From: Amoebophrya sp. A120 | Taxonomy: Eukaryota > Protista > Dinoflagellata | DNA length: 64,000 bases | Assembly: GCA_905178155.1 (NCBI GenBank) | Contig: CAJINV010000003.1 | Span: 8,411,444-8,475,443, forward strand | Direction: 5' to 3' | Part shown: piece after piece, positions 61,001-64,000 of the stretch | Layout: each line of letters starts with the position of its first letter | Position numbering within the stretch: position 1 is the stretch's first letter | Made by a program: the position numbers and the translations under genes | The notes under the pieces: model-generated | The model's database searches: none | What the model saw: the letters and a program-made list of their open reading frames with translations, nothing else | What the model was told of the DNA's origin: nothing

Positions 61001-63865
61001 TGGGGATCGACGTTTTTACTCAGAATAAAGGACGACGCGAAGCGCGTGCACGTGAAGTGGTCCCATAAAGAGTTCCTGTCGGCGCACGAGGATCTGACGG
61101 AGCTCATCAGCAGCATGCGGACCGGTATCAACAAGCGGTACGGTGGAAGCTCATTCTTCCAAGTGATGGCAAACGTCCAGGCGCAGCTGCACAAACTGGC
61201 GGCCGCGGACGATGACGAAACGAAAACCGCCCTCGACCACCTGGCGGTGCATGTGCTGGGCGCCGCGAGGGACGCGGGAAACAAGATGAGCAAAAAGTAC
61301 AAGTCGTGCCGCGAGGACTTGGAAGATGACTACAAACTGTTACTCCAGCAGCTCGACGACGCGGGGAGCAAACCGGCGAACCGGTCTTCCCTGGTATCAA
61401 ATACAAAAGTGTCTGGGTCTGGAAGGTGGGGTTTTGTAATGCCAGCTTTGAACTCATCTAACAAAACCTGTATTGCATCACCAGCGAGAGAGGTATATTT
61501 TGCGCCACGCGGGGCGGGCATTTGTCATGCGGAGTAGGCATCGGGAAGCCCTGCAGAAATCTTTGATGCTAGGCCGTGCATTACAGACGTTCTGGACCAT
61601 GCAAAATAGGCATGACAGACCCGCTCTCGATCCGCTTGCACTTGGCGAACTTGGCCAGCTCCGCCAGGTATCAAGTGCAAAAGCGTCTGGGTCTGACCAG
61701 ACGCTTTTGCACTTGATACCTGGCGGAGCTGGTCAAGTTCGCCGAGTACAAGCGGATCGAGAACACGTTCGTGAACTTCTTCTACATCGCGACAAGGGCG
61801 GTGGTATCCTGTGCAAAAGTATCGCGCTCGTGCAAATGCAAGTTTAGCATTACAAATCTTGTTTCCAAGGCAAAGCTGCGCTACAAATTTTATTTCTCAT
61901 GCTGAGGAAATTTGTAATGCATTTCCACGGGTGCGATACTTTTGCAATGCATAGGTGGCTTCGTCTGCAACGGCGGAGAGGTACCAGAAGTACCTCGGAC
62001 AGGTGCGGAATCACATCGAAAAACGCCCCCACCCCCTGCCCCTTGGGCCCAGCCCAACCCTGCCCCTTGGGCCCAGCCCCACCCCGCCCCTTGGGCCCAG
62101 CCCCACCCTGCCCCTTGGGCCAAGCCCTACCCTGCCCCTTGGGCCCAGCCCCACCCCGCCCCTTGGGCCCAGCCCCACCCTGCCCCTTGGGCCCACCCAG
62201 GCCCCGCCCCTCCCCTTCGGCCCAGCCCCTGCCCATGGGGCCCAGTGGCGCGGGGTTTTGTCGTGCCCCAATCAGCGTGGCGCCCTCCCTAGGGTTGTGA
62301 CTTTGCTGGGTTTGCTTCCCAAGCAGGATCGCACTACCATACGGGGCCAAACTGGTCACGCGCATGCCACGGCCAGAGTTTAGGCCGGTTCATAGATAGA
62401 TTTGTCTAGCAAATTCCCCATCGTGGCTATGGGGCGGGGGCGTTTTTGCTCAGGATATGCGCAATCGGTACACTGAGAAGGAGATCGAGGCGCACTTCGT
62501 CGCCTCGTATATCGGCAAGGGCGACCGCGAAACGCTGCAGCGGCTCACGGTCAAGGTCGCCGAGGCATATGTGGCCGAGAGGCCCCGGCGGCTCGTCAGG
62601 ACGAGGCAGCGGCCGTCCGGGCTGACGTACGTGGTACGAGTTTCTTTGTTTTTCGAAGCTATGCGTAGTATGATAAATTGCGGTCTAGCACTACCATAGG
62701 TTGGCTCTTTCTGCGTATCTAGGTTTCGGAATATATTGAAGCGCACACTGGTACATAGGCCCACTCCTGGCGTAAAAAAATGCGAATGTTATTGCGTCTA
62801 CTCGCGGCCAGCCCCTCACTGAGCCTCAACCGCCCTCAAAAATACGTCTCTCGCAGGCCCGAATGGGAAAGGACGAGAAATTTCGCAAAACCTACGGAAT
62901 TGCCGCGAAGGAGGTGATACGCATTGCAAATATTTCTGGGCCTGGAAATTTGTCATGCCGGGTAGCGTGTCATCAGGGGGCCACAACAAGTGCTGGCTCA
63001 GCATGACAAGTTTTTGTGTTGCCTATTCCGCATTACAGGGCTTCTAGTTGTTGCCTATTCTGCATGGAAAGCTGCGCTTCTGCGTGGCAGAAAAGTGGGG
63101 CTCTTGGGTAACGTGCATGACAGATTTGCATGACAAACATGCATTCTTCCAGACCCAGACATATTTGCATTGGATAGGTGATTAAGATGTCGAGCTCGCT
63201 GCAGTTGGAGGAGCTCCCCAACGACAACGCGCCGGTGCCGCTGGGTGAATATGGTTCCAAGGACAAGCAGAGCGATCCGGGGGTGGAGGATAGTGACGTG
63301 CAGGTGATCTCTAGCAAGAAAGAGGAAGACAACAGGGACCAGAAAGTACCGGGGCAGCGGGAGACGGGGGCGTCCGCGGACGTTTTATCAAGTGCAAATG
63401 TGCCTGAGTCTGGATGAAAGCGAGATTCGAACTTGTCATGCCATTTTTCCAAGGTCCTGCTCCAAAAGGCCTGGGGTGCCGGGGCCACTTTGTGCTGCTT
63501 ATTCTGCTTCCAGACTTAGACACCTTCGCATCCCATACGCTGACATGCAGGACGTGGAGGACGAGGATGAGATAATGGAGGACGCGCATTCCCAGCCAGT
63601 ACAGCACGAGGCCGAGGAAGGCTCTTCGAGCTCGTCGTCCGTGGACGAAAAGTTTGTGGACGCGATGGAGACGCTGATGGAAAAATACTCTGAGGAAAAA
63701 CAGCAGCATGACACGCACACCACAGAGACCACGTTGGCGTGGGAGGGGGATTTGTACACGAGCCAGATGCGCGAAATCCTGGACAGGGTTGGTATGTACG
63801 ACCACTGTGGGCCGGATCGTATCAAGTTCGTCGTCAGGAAGAGGAAGAACAAGAACAAGGCGTGA
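55025..63865 (+). CDS. hAT-superfamily DDE transposase (TTF/BED-like zinc finger, ZMYM1/ZNF862-like architecture), 1199 aa, 21 exons
   Basis: Spliced CDS is 3600 nt with no internal stop. Zn finger CKYC...HEGPVH; D1 in YLLQADG (58751); D2 in [12 protein letters not shown] (59470); YCNCHKL (CxxH); MRWL; C-terminal [10 protein letters not shown]...VRNRY (E at 61976). Introns: 19 TIR elements + GT-AG 62634-62856. Confidence 0.85.
55077..55369. mobile_element. Introner family D
   Basis: TSD GCGCG/CAGCG; frame kept. Confidence 0.85.
55448..55726. mobile_element. Introner family F, 279 bp, opposite orientation to 49966 and 56817
   Basis: TSD AAGAC/AAGAT. Confidence 0.92.
55869..56059. mobile_element. 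Introner family B
   Basis: TSD GGCAA/GACAA. Confidence 0.8.
56265..56422. mobile_element. Introner family B
   Basis: TSD TTCAG/TTCAG. Confidence 0.9.
56817..57095. mobile_element. Introner family F, 279 bp
   Basis: TSD TTGTC/TTTTC. Confidence 0.9.
57114..57365. mobile_element. Introner family A, reverse orientation of 11650-11902
   Basis: TSD TGGAG/TGGAG. Confidence 0.92.
57558..57723. mobile_element. Introner family F (short)
   Basis: TSD GACCT/GACCT. Confidence 0.88.
57800..58262. mobile_element. Introner family H (TATGAnAACGAA), interior homologous to the 52.1-53.6 kb array
   Basis: TIR TATGACAACGAAACTCCGCGCC / GGCGCGAGAGTTCGTTTTCATA; frame kept. Confidence 0.8.
58298..58540. mobile_element. 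Introner family G
   Basis: TSD AGGTC/AGGCC; 20-bp TIR. Confidence 0.9.
58574..58728. mobile_element. Introner family B
   Basis: TSD GGCGC/GGCGC. Confidence 0.88.
58799..59056. mobile_element. Introner family A
   Basis: TSD TCAGG/TGAGG. Confidence 0.85.
59144..59411. mobile_element. Introner family A
   Basis: TSD CTACA/CTACA. Confidence 0.88.
59939..60258. mobile_element. Introner family A (TAC...GTA termini)
   Basis: TSD GCAGC/CCAGT. Confidence 0.82.
60763..61027. mobile_element. Introner family F (diverged)
   Basis: TSD AGAGA/AAGGA; frame kept. Confidence 0.78.
61395..61718. mobile_element. Introner family A with internal fold-back duplication
   Basis: TSD CCTGG/CCTGG. Confidence 0.88.
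61805..61953. mobile_element. Introner family B
   Basis: TSD GGTGG/GGTGG. Confidence 0.92.
62009..62457. mobile_element. Introner family F expanded by a 24-bp C-rich tandem repeat (62030-62245)
   Basis: TSD TGCGG/TGCGC; unit CCCTGCCCCTTGGGCCCAGCCCCA, ~7 copies. Confidence 0.85.
62918..63176. mobile_element. Introner family A
   Basis: TSD GGTGA/GGTGA. Confidence 0.88.
63386..63537. mobile_element. Introner family A (short)
   Basis: TSD CGTTT/CGCTG; frame kept. Confidence 0.8.
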
Positions 63866-64000
63866 GAGCAAATAGGTGCACTACCATCGTGATTGGCATT
63901 TTTGTCCTAGATAAGACTGAAAGTAGAAAAACAACCACCAACGACCTAAGGCTGAAAGTAGCAAAGCACGAAAGTAGAAAACGGACCATCACCCACCGCC

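Noticed and set aside
61890-62383. Proline-rich repeat protein ORFs
   Set aside because: The 24-bp repeat lies inside an introner; its removal joins the hAT C-terminal motif (LGQVR|NRYTE).

Overview
Eukaryotic genomic DNA, most consistent with a syndinean dinoflagellate of the Amoebophrya type (an inference from intron architecture). The dominant feature is about 55 short insertions, mostly 150-350 bp, inside coding regions. They fall into at least 8 terminal-inverted-repeat (TIR) families but share one architecture: a 5-bp target-site duplication (TSD), TAT...ATA termini (occasional TAC/TGT/CAT variants), and internal GCATNACA/TGTNATGC motifs. Removing each element plus 5 nt restores the reading frame at every junction I traced, so they behave as non-canonical MITE-introns (introners). 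Splicing by hand gives six host genes: a ~2870-aa coiled-coil protein (7897-19769,+), a BNR/Asp-box sialidase-like protein (37520->30350,-), an LtrA-family membrane protein (44279->~37975,-), a 190-aa micro-exon gene (49044-52020,+), a methyltransferase and a hypothetical gene in the first 7 kb. Most notably, it also gives an intact 1199-aa hAT-superfamily transposase (55025-63865,+) that no ORF in the track reveals. That gene is split by 19 such elements plus one GT-AG intron, and is a candidate mobiliser of the very introners that interrupt it. Also present: a chimeric tyrosine-recombinase/Ty3-gypsy pol retroelement remnant (~23600-29450), a 1.45-kb array of the introner motif upstream of the transposase, insertions flanked by unusually long (58-126 bp) duplications, and several satellites. 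All splicing models are manual reconstructions without transcript data.
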